A stretch of 58,620 nucleotides of DNA, the filler included, from Dirinaria sp. TL-2023a (Eukaryota), in NCBI GenBank assembly GCA_051941275.1. It is 9 parts of 9 records of this genome, joined end to end, with 100 filler letters (N's around TTAATTAATTAA, not from the genome) between each part and the next. Parts side by side here need not be neighbours in the genome. Positions count along the whole stretch, not along the records: positions 1 to 6,438 come from JAVEBF010001480.1; positions 6,539 to 12,976 come from JAVEBF010001481.1; 7 more parts are not named here. One strand, 5' to 3'. The notes under the pieces are model-generated. The model saw nothing but the letters and a program-made list of their open reading frames with translations. It was not told where the DNA came from and made no database searches. A program made the translations under genes and the position numbers. Below are positions 1 to 12,399 of the stretch, piece by piece (positions within the stretch are counted from its first letter, which is position 1; each line of letters opens with the position of its first letter).

Positions 1-3000
1 GGAGGTCACAATGGCGCTGGTGGGGATGGTGGGGATGGTGGGGACGACGGTGGCGATGATGGGAGGAACGACTGGAATGCGCCAAAGAAAAAGAAGGGCA
101 AAAAAGGTAAGGGTGGTGTAGACGAGGAAGAAGAGAAGCGAAAGAAGGAGGAGGAGGAGAAGAACAAAGAGAAAGAGGAAGAAGAGGCAGCCAATGCACA
201 CACACTGCCTTGGGAGAACGGGGGCGACGCGAATCCCGATGATGAGTGGGGAGCCTCCACCACTACCGCCAAAACGGGTAAGAAGAACAAAAAGGGCAAG
301 GTACGTCTCCACGTTTATCATATCATTACAATGTATATCAGCGCTAATTCATTAGGCCAACCCTGAACCTGCAGCCACAGCCAACCCTTCAATAGGCACT
401 TTTGACGATATCAATCTCGGTGATTCTCCAAAGCTCGACTTGAATTTTGGTGATACAGGTCTCAAGGACACTGGATCTAGCTTTGGTTTCGGCGGCTGGG
501 GAAGCAATTGGAACACTTCAAATAAGTGGGATCTTGGTACTACAGATACAGCGACCGGCGACACCACTGAAAACACGAAGGGTGCGAAGGATAATTCTTT
601 TGATAGCGGCGATGGTGGTAGCTGGAGCTTTGGGGGCAACAAGAAGAACAAGAAGAAAACCGCCACCACTGGTTTCGATTTCGGGCTTGGAGCACTGGAT
701 GAAACCAACGAGCCAAAACCTGCTGACACTGCAGATATCGACGACTGGGGTGGATTTGGGAAAAAAGATAAGAAAGCCAAGAAGAAAGGTGCATTTGACG
801 ACATTTCGCCGGATATAGACTCTACTGCCGTGGGAACGGCATTGGATGAACCGGCTACCAATGAATCATGGAGTGCATGGGGTACAACGATTTCCAAAAA
901 AGAAAAAAAAAAGGGGAAGAAAGATTTACCAGAAGAGATACCTCAGGTGCCTCCCCCACCACCTGCCGCACCTTCCAATCCCCCAGCTGGCGATGCATGG
1001 GGCATTTTCAATACGAAGAAGGACAAGAAAGGCAAGAAGGGTGCTGTTGAAGATAAGGCAGAAGACCCGTCAGTCGTGATAGTCCCCGAACCGGAACCTG
1101 AAGTAGACGTTGGCTGGCCATCTTTCGGGGCCAAGAAGGAAAAGAAGAAAGGCAAGAAAAATCAAGTCGAAGAGAATGCTGAACAATACAATACGGCCAC
1201 TGTGGTGGAAAAGGATGCCGACCCGCCAGAAGCAGAGTTCGGTTGGGGTAACGTTGCCACTGGCAAGAAAGACAAGAAAAAGAACAAGAAAGGTGCTGCC
1301 GAAGGATTCACTGAAGAACCAGTCGCTGCTCATGTTCCTGAAGCGGAGCCTGAAGCAGATCTAGGCTGGGGGTTCGGTGCTAAGGACAAGAAAAAGAATA
1401 AGAAAGGCGGCGTAGAAGAGTTTGCTGAAAACCAAGTAGCCGCCCATGTTCCTGAGCCGGAGCCCGAAGCAAATCTAGGCTGGGGATTCGGTGCGAAGAA
1501 GGAGAAGAAAAAGGGCAAAAAGGGTGCAACTGAGGAGCTACCAAAAGAGGAGCCTTTTCCTGCAGAGTTGCATGACACCGAAGCTACACTGGACGGGGGC
1601 TGGGGTGCCTTCGCATCTAATAAGGACAAGAAAAGTAAAAAGAAGAGTCTTCTGGACGAATTTCCTGCCGCAGACGACACTGGTGTATCTTCGTTCGCTA
1701 ACCCCGGTCTAATGGCCGATGACCCTCTTGGCTCCTGGGGAAGCGCAACGAAGAAAGAAAAGAAGGCCAAGAAGGGTCTCATCTCTGAGGTCAGCGACGA
1801 TCCCATCGCTGCTGTTGAAACCGCCGCTGCTGCAGAAGCTTTGGCTGCCGACGATGATTGGATGAATTGGGGCAACGGTGATAAAAAAAAGGACAAGAAG
1901 ACTAAGAAAGGCACGACGGCTGAGGCCAAGAAGGAAGAGTTTTTGCCACCGCCACCGCCTCCTCCACCTGTTGCACCAGAACCTTCGACGGCTGATATTT
2001 GGGGATCGGGCAAAAAGGATAAAAAGGGTAAGAAAGGCGGGGCCGCATTTGGAAAACTCAACCCTGACCCCGTTGAAACTGTGCCCGAACCCGTCGAAAT
2101 AAATCCCGAATCTGTCGAAGAGGATTGGGGTGGTTGGGGTCTCTCGGCAAAGGACAAGAGGAAGAAGGAGAAGGAGAAAGAGAAGGAGAGAAGAGAGAGG
2201 GAAGAAAGGGAGAAGGAGGAGGAAGAGGAGATGGAGAAAGCAGAAAGAGAAGAGAAGGAAAAGGCCGAGAAGCTGAAAGCGAAGGAGAAGACTAAGCCCG
2301 GGAAGAAGGGCAAGCTCGGTGCAGCGTCGGAAGCATCGAAGATGGATGATTTGATGAAGGATTCCATGCCTGATGCAACTCCTGCGATCGAGGAGGACCT
2401 TTGGGGTAGCGGTTGGGGATCCTTGAAAAAAGACAAGAAAAAGGGAGGGAAGAGCATGATACCCGATATCCCACCGCCAGTGCCCACACCTCCAGCTCAA
2501 GGGTTAACGCCCGAGCCAGGGCCGGTCGCTGGTCTCGATAACATGGAGGATGATGGATGGGGCTCATATGCGCCGGCAAAAGCCAAAGGTAAGAAAGAAA
2601 CCAAGCCTACGTCGAAAACTGCGAGAGCGGAGGAGTTGAAGGCGGCGAAGAAGGGCATTAAGGACAAGGCGGACGGCAGGGCCGTTGCGGAGGAGCTCTG
2701 GATGAAAGAAGCACCGGAGGAAGAGAGCGCGGCAAAAGCAACCAAGAACTTTTGGGGCAATATGGGGACGACTACTACTACTACTACTGCTCCCAAGTCC
2801 AAGACAGCAAAGGACAAGGACAGGGGCAACGATCAGAGCAAAGGCGCGCATGGTTTGCATGAATTGGATTTTGAGCTAGGTTCGGACCTGGAGGATCTAG
2901 ATGACGAAATTATTGGAATCACCGAGGAGCCTGAACCAGCGAAGAAACCATCCAAATCCAAGACGGACGGCAGCAAGCTTGCAAAGACGACCAGCAAGGA

Positions 3001-6000
3001 TTCGAAAGCCAGCGGGAAGAGCAGCGCTACCGGCAAGGCTAGCGACAAGAAGAAAACCGGCGAGGACTCGCTTCTGGACGATCTGCTGGAGCTGGGAGAT
3101 GAAGAGGGTGGATGGGGTGGCGAGGATGAGATTAATAATTTCCTCGGCGGGAAAGAGAAGAGCGACAACAAGAAAGACAACAATAATGATGCCTGGAGCT
3201 TCTGGGGTTCGAACAAAAAGACAAGTGGCAAGAAGGCAGATGAAGGCAAAAAGGAGATTACGAAAGCGGCAGCGACCAATCAAAAGGGACCGCTAAAGAA
3301 TGAGCCAGAAGCTACGAGTAGAAGTACGACGACCGCGACCGCTGCTGACGAATCCATATCGCAACCTTCAAAAACTTCAAAAACGACCATGTCGACGCTC
3401 AAAGCATCCAAAACATCTTCAGTCCTGCAGCGCGTGAAAGATTTGGAGAAGGAAAGAGAAGAAGGCGGCGGCAAAGCGTTGGGGTCTTTGGGGAAAACCA
3501 ACACCAAAACCACCGAGACGCAGCCACCCGCGCCCGCGTCTGCATTCGACCCCCTGTCGCATATCGACTCCCCTCCCAAAAAGTCCACTCCGGCCAAGAA
3601 CAGTAACAGTAAGAATAACAACAATAATAGTAATAAATCCAAAACCAATAATTCAGTCGCGGGGAAGAAAAAGGACTCTTCCCCTCCAGGCGCCAAAGGC
3701 AAGTTCGCCCAGGTCAACAACGACACCCTGCCCGGTAGTTTCCCGGCAGAAGGCGCCGAAGACGACGGCGACGACTACTTGGACGACAACGACAACGACA
3801 ACGACTTCTTTGCCAACCAAATCGGTTTCTCTCCAGCAGGCAAGAAAGGCCAAAGCAAATCTGCCAAACCCAAGAAGAAAGATCTGAACATGGAAGATTT
3901 CATGTTTGATGACCCGGTTCCAGAGGCGCCAGAGGTACCACCTGCACCACCTACGCCGCCCGCCGACCCGCCGCCAGCTAAGCCTGCGAAAAAGGAACGC
4001 GCGCGCGTCGTGGAAGGCGCATCTTCCTGGGGCTTTTGGAATGCTGCGCCGAAGAAAGATCCGAAGAAGGAGCGCAAGGCCAAAGACGATGCTGACGTTC
4101 CCTCTGCCAAGCCCAAAGCCAAAGCGCCAACTCCAGCTTTCACGCGGTCCAAATCCACCAGGACCGCCAAGGAGAAGGAGAAGGAGGTCGAAAAGTCCTC
4201 CAAATCGTCCGCCTCGGATGAGAAGGAGAAGAAGTCGGAATCCCGACCTTCCAAATCACGCGGATCCAGCTTTGGCGGGTTTTTCGCGCCAGCTCCCGTG
4301 CGTGGCAAGACTGTTCGAAGGCCGAGCGCAGCTGCCTCCAAGGCTGCGTCTTCTCGAAGGCAGTCCGTCGACGTAGATGCCACCGGATTACCGTCGCCGC
4401 CTCCAGAAAATGCGCCGGAAATGAATTCGAAGGCTGCTAAGCTCATGGGCACTGGTCCCGGGAAGCTTGATCGAAAGGCCTCCGTTCGCGGAAAGCAGAA
4501 GCCCAAAGGTAGTGAAACCAAATCGTCGTTAGAGAGCATTCAAGAAGCTGATCCACGCAATACAGCGGTGCCAGATCCGTACCCCATCGATGACGACGAT
4601 ATGGTCATGATTGGTGGTGTAGATGATCCAATGCTTGATGCTCCTCTTCCGGCCCAAACCCCGGCCAAAGGTGCCAAGAAGGGCAAGCCCTCGAGCAGTA
4701 GTAAAAGTAAACCCAAGAAAGCAGTAAGTCAGACTCGACCATCTTCCCGCAAGACTTCCACCCGCAAGACTTCCACTTTGCCCGTTCGTGTTCGCAGTCC
4801 ACAACATCGTTCCCGTCGTGCATGGACGAGGGCTAATACTCCCAAGCAGCCAACACCTGTGAACGACATGGAAGAAGATATTCCGGAGGACATTGCGGAT
4901 GACATTGTCATGGTTGATCCCACATCACCACTGGACGAGCTTGATGGCCCCAAAGAGAATCTCGCCTTTGACGAGCGCCCTCGGCTGCAGCGAGCCAACA
5001 CCAGTGCCAAGAAATCCAAAGGCGGCCTCTTCAGCGGCTTTGGGTTTGGCAAACCGCGTCGACCGTCGGAGGCGGTGGAGCGCACTAAATCAACCAAAGG
5101 TGCTGTGACTGACGATGAAGGCATGTCCCGCCGCAAACGGACCGTTGCAGGCGGCGAAGACTCCTCCAAACGTCTTCGTCGGGACGACCGCAAAGTCCGG
5201 CGTTCGGACAAACCCGACCGAGTCGCTGAAGGCTTCGTCTATCCAGAAGGTGGCGCATCTGCAGAAGCCGATGATGCAGAAGCCGAAGCCCGCAAGGAGG
5301 AGCGTCGAGCCAAACGCGCGCGCGATGCTGAAACCAGGGATGCGGAAGATCGTCGTGCTCGGAGACGTGATGCTGAAAAGGCTGAAAAAGCTGAGGAAGA
5401 TGTTCGTAAGGCGAAAGCCAAAGACGCACGTGCTCGCCGGGCCAGGAAGGAAGAGGAAGCCGAGGCGCAGCGTCTTGAGGAGAAGCGGGCCAGGAGAGCA
5501 GCGAGGGAGGAGATGAACGTCAAGCTCGGCGGAGAAAGCCGGCCCAAGAAATCCGATCGGCGCAGAAGCTACTTGGACCCTGCCGTTGCCGCAGCAGATG
5601 AAGACGGGGAGAGAAGAGCTCGTCGCGAAGCCCGGCGTGCCGCACGAACCCCGGGCGAGAAGAGCAAGGCGAAAGGGGTGGACGATTATTTCGACCCCAG
5701 AAATGGAGGCGGTAGCGGCGACCGCGACCCTTATCTGAACGGCGGCGGGGGCAACGACCACACTTCAAGCTGGGTGAAATCCCAGCTGAGCGATCCCGCC
5801 GACCCACCGCCCCTCGAAGGCACGGTCATTGATCCTCCGCCTGTGCTTGGGGGCGACGACGACGATGCCGACGCCGCAGCTGCTGCTGCAGCAGCTCCTG
5901 CGCCTGATGATGACGAGGCAGTAAGGAAGGCGCGGAGAAAGTCCCGGCGGCAGAGCAAGTACGGGGACATGGCGCCTGTAGACGATGAGGAACCTCGGCG

Positions 6001-6181
6001 GCGGCGCAAAGAGCGCGAAGTCCGCAGCAGCGAAGGAAGCAGGGAAGAAGTCGAGACAGGGAGGCCGTACTCGAGCCGCAGGAAAAGCGACTATGGTGCT
6101 GTGAGGAGCTACGATGCTCGGCCGAGCGTTGCGGCTGGGGGGAGGAGGGGCAGTCTTTTTAAGAAGTTGGGGCTTTCGTGA
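1..6181 (+). CDS. Large Lys/Glu-rich low-complexity protein with repeated W-G-x-F + KKDKKKGKK motifs (5'-partial)
   Basis: Frame 1 is open from 1-300. A phase-0 intron at 301-355 (GTACGT..GCTAAT..TAG) joins it to the frame of the 1913-aa ORF ending TGA 6181. Two further in-frame GT-AG introns are probable at 4509-4565 and 4724-4849. Confidence 0.85.
1318..1510 (+). repeat. Intragenic tandem duplication, unit ~114 nt (VAAHVPEx EPEAxLGWGFGAK)
   Basis: Two near-identical DNA copies: GCTCATGTTCCTGAAGCGGAGCCTGAAGCAGATCTAGGCTGGGGGTTCGGTGC and GCCCATGTTCCTGAGCCGGAGCCCGAAGCAAATCTAGGCTGGGGATTCGGTGC. Confidence 0.85.
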
Positions 6182-6438
6182 GTGAGGAGTACCTTAAGAA
6201 AGGGAGGTGGTTGTTTTGTGCGTGAAACGCTTTTTTTCTACCAGTGAAAGAGTGGGTTGGTTACCAGGTCCGGTTGGTTGGTTTATTGATTGGCACTATC
6301 TTTTTTCAGCTCAGAAACGCAAGTCCCAGTCCCCCCATTAATTTTTTTCGGTTTTGGTGGAATGTCTTTGAGAAAAAAATTTGCTTTTGCAGCACATTCG
6401 TTAGTTTCTTTTTTTTTTTTGTTTTTTTTTTTAAAAAA

Positions 6439-6538
6439 NNNNNNNNNNNNNNNNNNNNNNNNNNNNNNNNNNNNNNNNNNNNTTAATTAATTAANNNNNN
6501 NNNNNNNNNNNNNNNNNNNNNNNNNNNNNNNNNNNNNN
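6439..6538. other. Artificial contig linker (44N-TTAATTAATTAA-44N)
   Basis: Identical 100-bp spacer with stop codons in all six frames, occurring eight times in the window. Confidence 0.99.
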
Positions 6539-7320
6539 ACGAACCTGCTGGTATTGCTTGCAATACTCAACAGAGCCAAATGTCCTAGCATCGTCGTCGT
6601 CACGATGCGATCGTCGCAGCAATTCAGTCTTCCTCTCGATCGACAACGATAATACAAAACAACACGCATCACCAATCCATCTGTATTCTTCGAAGAGAGG
6701 ACACGCAATTCCAACATTATAACTACCTTCTTCCCCCCCTTCGTACGCGTTCGTTGCTGTCGTCGCAGTCGTCTCTCTGTCACGATCGCAAGAAACACGT
6801 TTTGAGATATCGCGTACTAGCCGCGAAGTGCTGTGCGTGAATTTAGAAGCGCTGGGAATGGGTTATACACGCGTACATCGCACACGAAAGACTGAAAGTT
6901 TCTGTCATACATGAATCAGTCGCAGCGAGATGACTGAGAGAACTTGTCACTCTTCGGCTCTGGCTGCGCATTCGGAATAGCTAAACGATGAGAGGCCTCG
7001 TTCACCTCAAGAGACGACAGCGGCGATTTCTGATTCTGTCGAGAGCAGTGACTTCGTTATGCCTCGGATGAAAAGCGCTGTGTGCGTGAATGTACGGATA
7101 AGAGTTGAGATTGAGTTTGAGCATTGAAACATAGAGACATACACTCGATTATTACGCGTTAAGAGACGATCTTCGCATGACTACGATCTACAAAGAATGA
7201 CCTCGCGTGATGAGACACGAGATCATTTGAAGCTCTCGTCGACGTGCTTTACATGACTACGATCTATAAAGAGTGACTCGAAGCCGCTGCTAGCTCTTGA
7301 CGTGCATGAATCTCAGGAAG
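6539..7320. repeat. Degenerate repeat or transposon-like relic containing a ~76-bp imperfect tandem duplication
   Basis: No convincing ORF and visibly few CC/GG dinucleotides. CATGACTACGATCTA(C/T)AAAGA(A/G)TGAC occurs at 7176 and 7252. Confidence 0.4.
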
Positions 7321-7579
7321 GCTGAGTCAATTGCTGAACGTGATTGCAATATTCGTTCGAATATCGCATTCCACATATGGAGGATTCTCAGCGTGAGATG
7401 GCAAATCAACACGGTCTTTACAAAGTATTGCATTCTATGATGGAGCTTCCTAGTATATGGCGGTTTAAAAAGGTGTATTCTAGAGCGGTGGTCAGTACTG
7501 CAACCATCACGTGGGTAGTCAGTCTGGCATTATATATAGGTCTCGCATGGGCCCTTAAATGGGTGTCAAATCGAGTATG

Positions 7580-7611
<32 letters not shown>

Positions 7612-9394
7612 GGTAAGAGATCAGATGATGTTCTGCTCTCAAATAACATGATCTTAGCTTCAGCATTGACTCCTCAAGAGCGTTGAATTCAGCACTCACT
7701 ACAATTTAAATTAATTTTCTTTTGCTGCATCATTCTTTAGAATCGAGCAACATTTCGTCTTAAGAATTCGCTCCTTAGAACTCTGCTCTATCTGGTCAAT
7801 TCCTAAAAAAAAAATATGGTTCAATGCTGAATGTGAATGCAATTGCTTCTACATTAGCTTGTGAGAACAAGAGATTGAGCTCCCTTCGTCAAGCGTGTAT
7901 GATGACGACTTTGACATGTGGCGATGTTTCAATGATTTATTACATCTTGTCAGATCTTGGGCCATTTGCAGGCTTGTTCAAGTACGGCGAGGATCTCTTT
8001 GTCAGATTCCAGCGCAAAATATGCTGGAAAGAAGGCAAAACCCCCAAGGATAACGCCATGAAATCGTTTGGACGTGCAGATGAGATGTGCATGTTGATAG
8101 GGACGGATTGAACTCCATATTCGTGGAGGATTGACCTGGATGTACAAAAGGCAGCAGGCGGAAGAATCATTTTTTGCCGAAATATTTTAGGATGTATAGT
8201 TCCTTTGGCAATTAGACAATGCCCACGCGGCTTCGGACATCAGCGAGTAACAGAAAGCTCGTAAAAAAGATCAGAATTTGACCATGTTCGCGTTTTTGTT
8301 GTTGTTCTTCCTGAAGTGCAGGACGTCGAGATCTGACTCGGATACGTCCGATTTATTTTCAGGCTCCTTATCGTCAAAGCCTTTCAGATTAAAAATATGA
8401 CACCCGACTCAAAGTTAGTATGCAAATGTGAGTCAAGCTCAGTCCTTCTCGATGTAGATATATTCAGAAGAAAACGACCGATGTGCTGGGTCATACGAGA
8501 ATTAGGAACAAAAAATATAGTAGATCAATCGGCACCTGATAAGCCAGCAGCTTCAATGCGGGGGACCAACACTGCATGATATAAGTAATTCATTCTTAAG
8601 TAGAGAAAGGAAAGAATGATTGAATTAATATATCCCCATTTGAAATTCAACTATATAATCCTAAATAACCCCTTCCCGAAGCACTAACAAATCCTCGATA
8701 GCGCAAGGGTAAATATAACAGACTCCTACAAAAAGATGGAGTGCTGAGAGGTGGCCCGTTCGAATCCCAGCCTACACAAAACAAAGCAAACTTTTGACGG
8801 CTGTGGTGGCTAGAAGAGGGTTTCTATAACCGGAGTACCGCGAGAGTTGAAGGGTTGCTCTCGAGGTGCCTGGTGAATCTTTTTGGTTTTTCTCAGTTTG
8901 CTTCTAGATTTCGGAATTCGCTTTCATGTCATGGATTCAATATCATCTCTGATGCACAATACGTATGTTTCAATTTGACTGAGGCGCGTGCCAATCTGAC
9001 GCGCCACGATGTGTCAAGATCACTCTATCTGTTGGATTCGAATCTAAAATTTCTCAATTCTTGACAGAGTGCAATTGATCGCTGTGCAAAACTAACATAA
9101 ATCGTAGCGGAGCTCCAGAATGATCAGGGACATGTAGATTTCTGGGGTGCGGAGTAGCGTGCATCGAACCAATGTAAGATTTGAATCTGTATCGACTTAA
9201 CATATCATGACTCTTTACTGCAAGGTCCAAAAAGAAAAAAATGGACCCAGTAGAAATGTAGAACGTGAAAATGCTGTAAGGGGCTGCTGGAATTTTAGCC
9301 GGTTCGGACTGTACACAAAGTTGTAATTAGGAATACAAGAGTAGCATGCTTCGGCAGCTTCAAGGCAGTGCTAACGGCTTCTTCTGCTTAACTG

Positions 9395-10066
9395 CTACTT
9401 GTCCCAAGGAAATCTCCTCTCCTTTCCCTCACAGCCTTCACAGAGAGTATGCCTGCGGCAGTGCCAGCACAGCCTGTAGCTATAAGGCTGATGACCGTAG
9501 CAGTCGCAACAGATCCATACTATGCAACTTTCTCGGACCGGCTTCAATCTCTCTATTGGTGTTGTATTAGGGGTTTTTGCCGGCGTAGGAGCAGTAAGTG
9601 GGGTAGCTGGTGTACTATGGCTTTCGATGGGTTCAACTCTTGGTGTCTTGAGTGGGGAGAAATCATCGAGCGCTACTGGTGCTAAAAGCGCTTGCTGAGC
9701 CGGCTCCGGTGGTTCGGACTGGGTGCAGACTTGTCTCAAGGTCTGTCTCAGCAGCAGTGCATCGGAATATGGATTCTGAACCACCGGCTGTGACAAGGTC
9801 AGGTGGGGATGGTCCCACCACAGTAGCTCTGAACCGAATTCCAGGTTAGGTCTTGAGACGCTTTCGGTTCGCACCATCATCATGTGATCTGAACGCAAAG
9901 CTATGGAGATTTCCGCAAGGAAAAGACTGATGGTATTGGTATGTATCGTGCAGTCTCGGCATTGCGCATGCCCGCAGTTCCAACAAGAAGGCTGTCCAAG
10001 GTCCCAGCACCAGGAACAGTAATGGCAAGACCAATAAGTTTGCGCTGGCTTTGATGTGTGTGCCAT
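9395..10066 (-). CDS. Small protein with two Cys/His zinc-ribbon-like modules at the N and C termini
   Basis: 223-aa ATG ORF with WSCHYC-x10-CWNCGHAQCRDC and WICCDC-x10-CWHCRRHTLCEGC flanking a Pro/Thr-rich linker. Confidence 0.7.
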   Translation of the reverse strand: MAHTSKPAQTYWSCHYCSWCWDLGQPSCWNCGHAQCRDCTIHTNTISLFLAEISIALRSDHMMMVRTESVSRPNLEFGSELLWWDHPHLTLSQPVVQNPYSDALLLRQTLRQVCTQSEPPEPAQQALLAPVALDDFSPLKTPRVEPIESHSTPATPLTAPTPAKTPNTTPIERLKPVRESCIVWICCDCYGHQPYSYRLCWHCRRHTLCEGCEGKERRFPWDK

Positions 10067-11697
10067 GCTCGTGATATGAAGTATTTATTAAAGAGAGATA
10101 AGTGCTAGACTAGAAGGAAATCGCCGAAGTATTTAGACAACATTGTCTATTAGTACTTGTGCTACCGCGCTAGTTATTTTACGAGTAAGTTCGGGAAATT
10201 CTATCACAGTTGTATGAGTCGACGATAGATGAATGCTTAAAAGCATTGCCACGCCGAAACCTTCAGTCATGAGATGCTTGTGAAGTATGTGTAGGCCGAC
10301 GCTCCGAGATCCTGGCGTGAAAGCAGGAATTCATACGATCATGCTGATGGGCCATTTTAGCATGTCGTAAGCGGAAGCCCATGATTTACAGAGTGGTAAT
10401 GCAGCTCTCCAATTGCATCGATATCTGACCAGCATCATCGACGAGTCGATAAAGAGGCACACTGGTTCTGACACCTGAATATTCAAGGCAGAGTCATGCG
10501 CCAAAAATATTCAAGTACGTGCGCAAACAGAAAGGCAGCGATGAATGGCAGCGGTTTCAAGACGACCGAGCAGGAAAATATGCCAAAATGGAAACCGAGA
10601 GAAGATCATTTGTAGTTTTTTCCATAGATGCTCACCAAAGGTAAGGTGGCGATTGAGATCAGACAGTATTTCCATAACTGATACGAAGCAAATCAGCAAT
10701 CATGGGCTTCTGTTCGAGCTTCCTGCTAGATGAATTACTTCTTGGGTTTTAGTAGCACACCTTGTGCCAGAAATGAGTCATACAACAGCCTTGCAATACC
10801 AAGTGGGTGATCGGAATCAACTAAGAATCAGAGCTGAGGGAAAGTTCACACATTCAAAGGAGAGGTAACATTGTGAGCTGCATTGCGTATGAAGAGAAGA
10901 ATTCTCACACTATCAACGATACCACATTTCTAGAAAATACAAAAGCATCCACATGAGAGTGCAGCACAGTGAACAAATATCAAAGTTCAGCTACTGATAA
11001 TTTCCTGATGAATTCTTAGTTGCGTTGGGATAAGCAAGATTACGACTTCAACCACTTTCTGAGAGGACATATTCATATATGGAGAGGACACACCAAATGC
11101 CCAACCCCTTTTGAAGTTTTGAGGAATGAAGGATGCCATTACTGACTTATGTTCTCCAAAACAGTCTATTTGATTCCCTACCTTGGTCAATGGGCAAAAG
11201 AGATTTAGCAGGCTGTTCAAGATGACTGACGCGTATTCAAGGCTCGATGATGTGACCTTCGGTTTGGGTGACGACTGCTTCATTGCCAAACCACTTTATT
11301 CTAGCCCCGTAGCTGTCTTTTCGTACTTCATCTCGAAAAATGTTTGGGGCTGAATAAGATTGCCATTCATACTGCAAATCACTAGCTAACGTTGGATCTA
11401 GATGTGATATTTATTGTACATGTGATGCATGTACTGCCTGAATTCTACAATTCAATCACTGTATTTCGTGAATCGAAAGAGCATTTCCCATCTACCTCTC
11501 TAATCTCATTCTATTTCATCCACCCATCTCTGTCTTCTTCAATGCCTCGGTCCAGCTTATAAGAATGGCTTGCCCAGTCCAACTCCAACTGCCTCATCCA
11601 CAAGACCTAGACATCCACCAATACATCCACCGAGCAAACCCATCTCCCCAACCCATTCCCCTACAACAGCATCACCAGCGCAGGTCGCTCCATCCTC

Positions 11698-12399
11698 ATG
11701 GCTCAAGTATCCAGATCCAATAGCCCTCTACCCCCCTACTCCAGCATCGAAAAGCATCCGCATCCTCAAATTCCCAAATCAGACCTCAACTACGGAACAA
11801 GCCTAGTGGTAGGGCATGATGCGACCACAACCTCGACCACGGACGACTCTTCCCCACTTACGCTCTACATGCTCAACGATGAGCAGCAACAGGACAACAA
11901 GGAGCGCCTCAAAATCACAGAGAGCGACCTCTCAACCACTCGCTACGAGACGAAGCACCACTTTTGGCGCGCGAGAACGTGCATCTTCCGCCCTGACCAC
12001 ACGAAACTCGCGATCATCAATAGCACGCACTTCAAGCACGGCTGGATGCGTTTCAACATCGATCTTGTACCCTATAGCCTGAGCCGCACGGATAGACATG
12101 AGACACAGCCCCGTTTCCGCTTCGAGTCCGCCGTGGAAGGGACGGGGAATCTGGAGTGGAGGAGTCAGGGCGAAGACGGTTGGGATTTGGTGTGCACTGT
12201 GCAAAAAACCGGGCAGCGTATTGCCGTCATTCGAGATGGAGTGAGGCTTCAGGATCGGGAAACGGGTAGTTTGATTGGTCGGGGGACGATCGAGATAGTT
12301 CGTCACTTGTCAGTGTGGTTGGTGGATGAGGTGGTTGTCAGCGGGTTGGCGATGGCAGAGTATATGACGTGGAACCGTCAATATGGTTTCTCCTTTTAG
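11698..12399 (+). CDS. Hypothetical protein resembling tubby C-terminal/LURP-one-like (DUF6593-like) fungal proteins
   Basis: 233-aa single-exon ORF with an N-terminal LPPY motif, a beta-rich body (LEWRS..WDLVC) and a C-terminal DEVVVSGLAM helix. TATA-like TATAAG lies near 11558. Confidence 0.65.
   Translation: MAQVSRSNSPLPPYSSIEKHPHPQIPKSDLNYGTSLVVGHDATTTSTTDDSSPLTLYMLNDEQQQDNKERLKITESDLSTTRYETKHHFWRARTCIFRPDHTKLAIINSTHFKHGWMRFNIDLVPYSLSRTDRHETQPRFRFESAVEGTGNLEWRSQGEDGWDLVCTVQKTGQRIAVIRDGVRLQDRETGSLIGRGTIEIVRHLSVWLVDEVVVSGLAMAEYMTWNRQYGFSF

Noticed and set aside
352..6009. Many long minus-strand ORFs overlapping the Lys/Glu-rich gene
   Set aside because: These are antisense shadows of a biased, repetitive coding strand (Phe/Ser/Leu-rich, no motifs).
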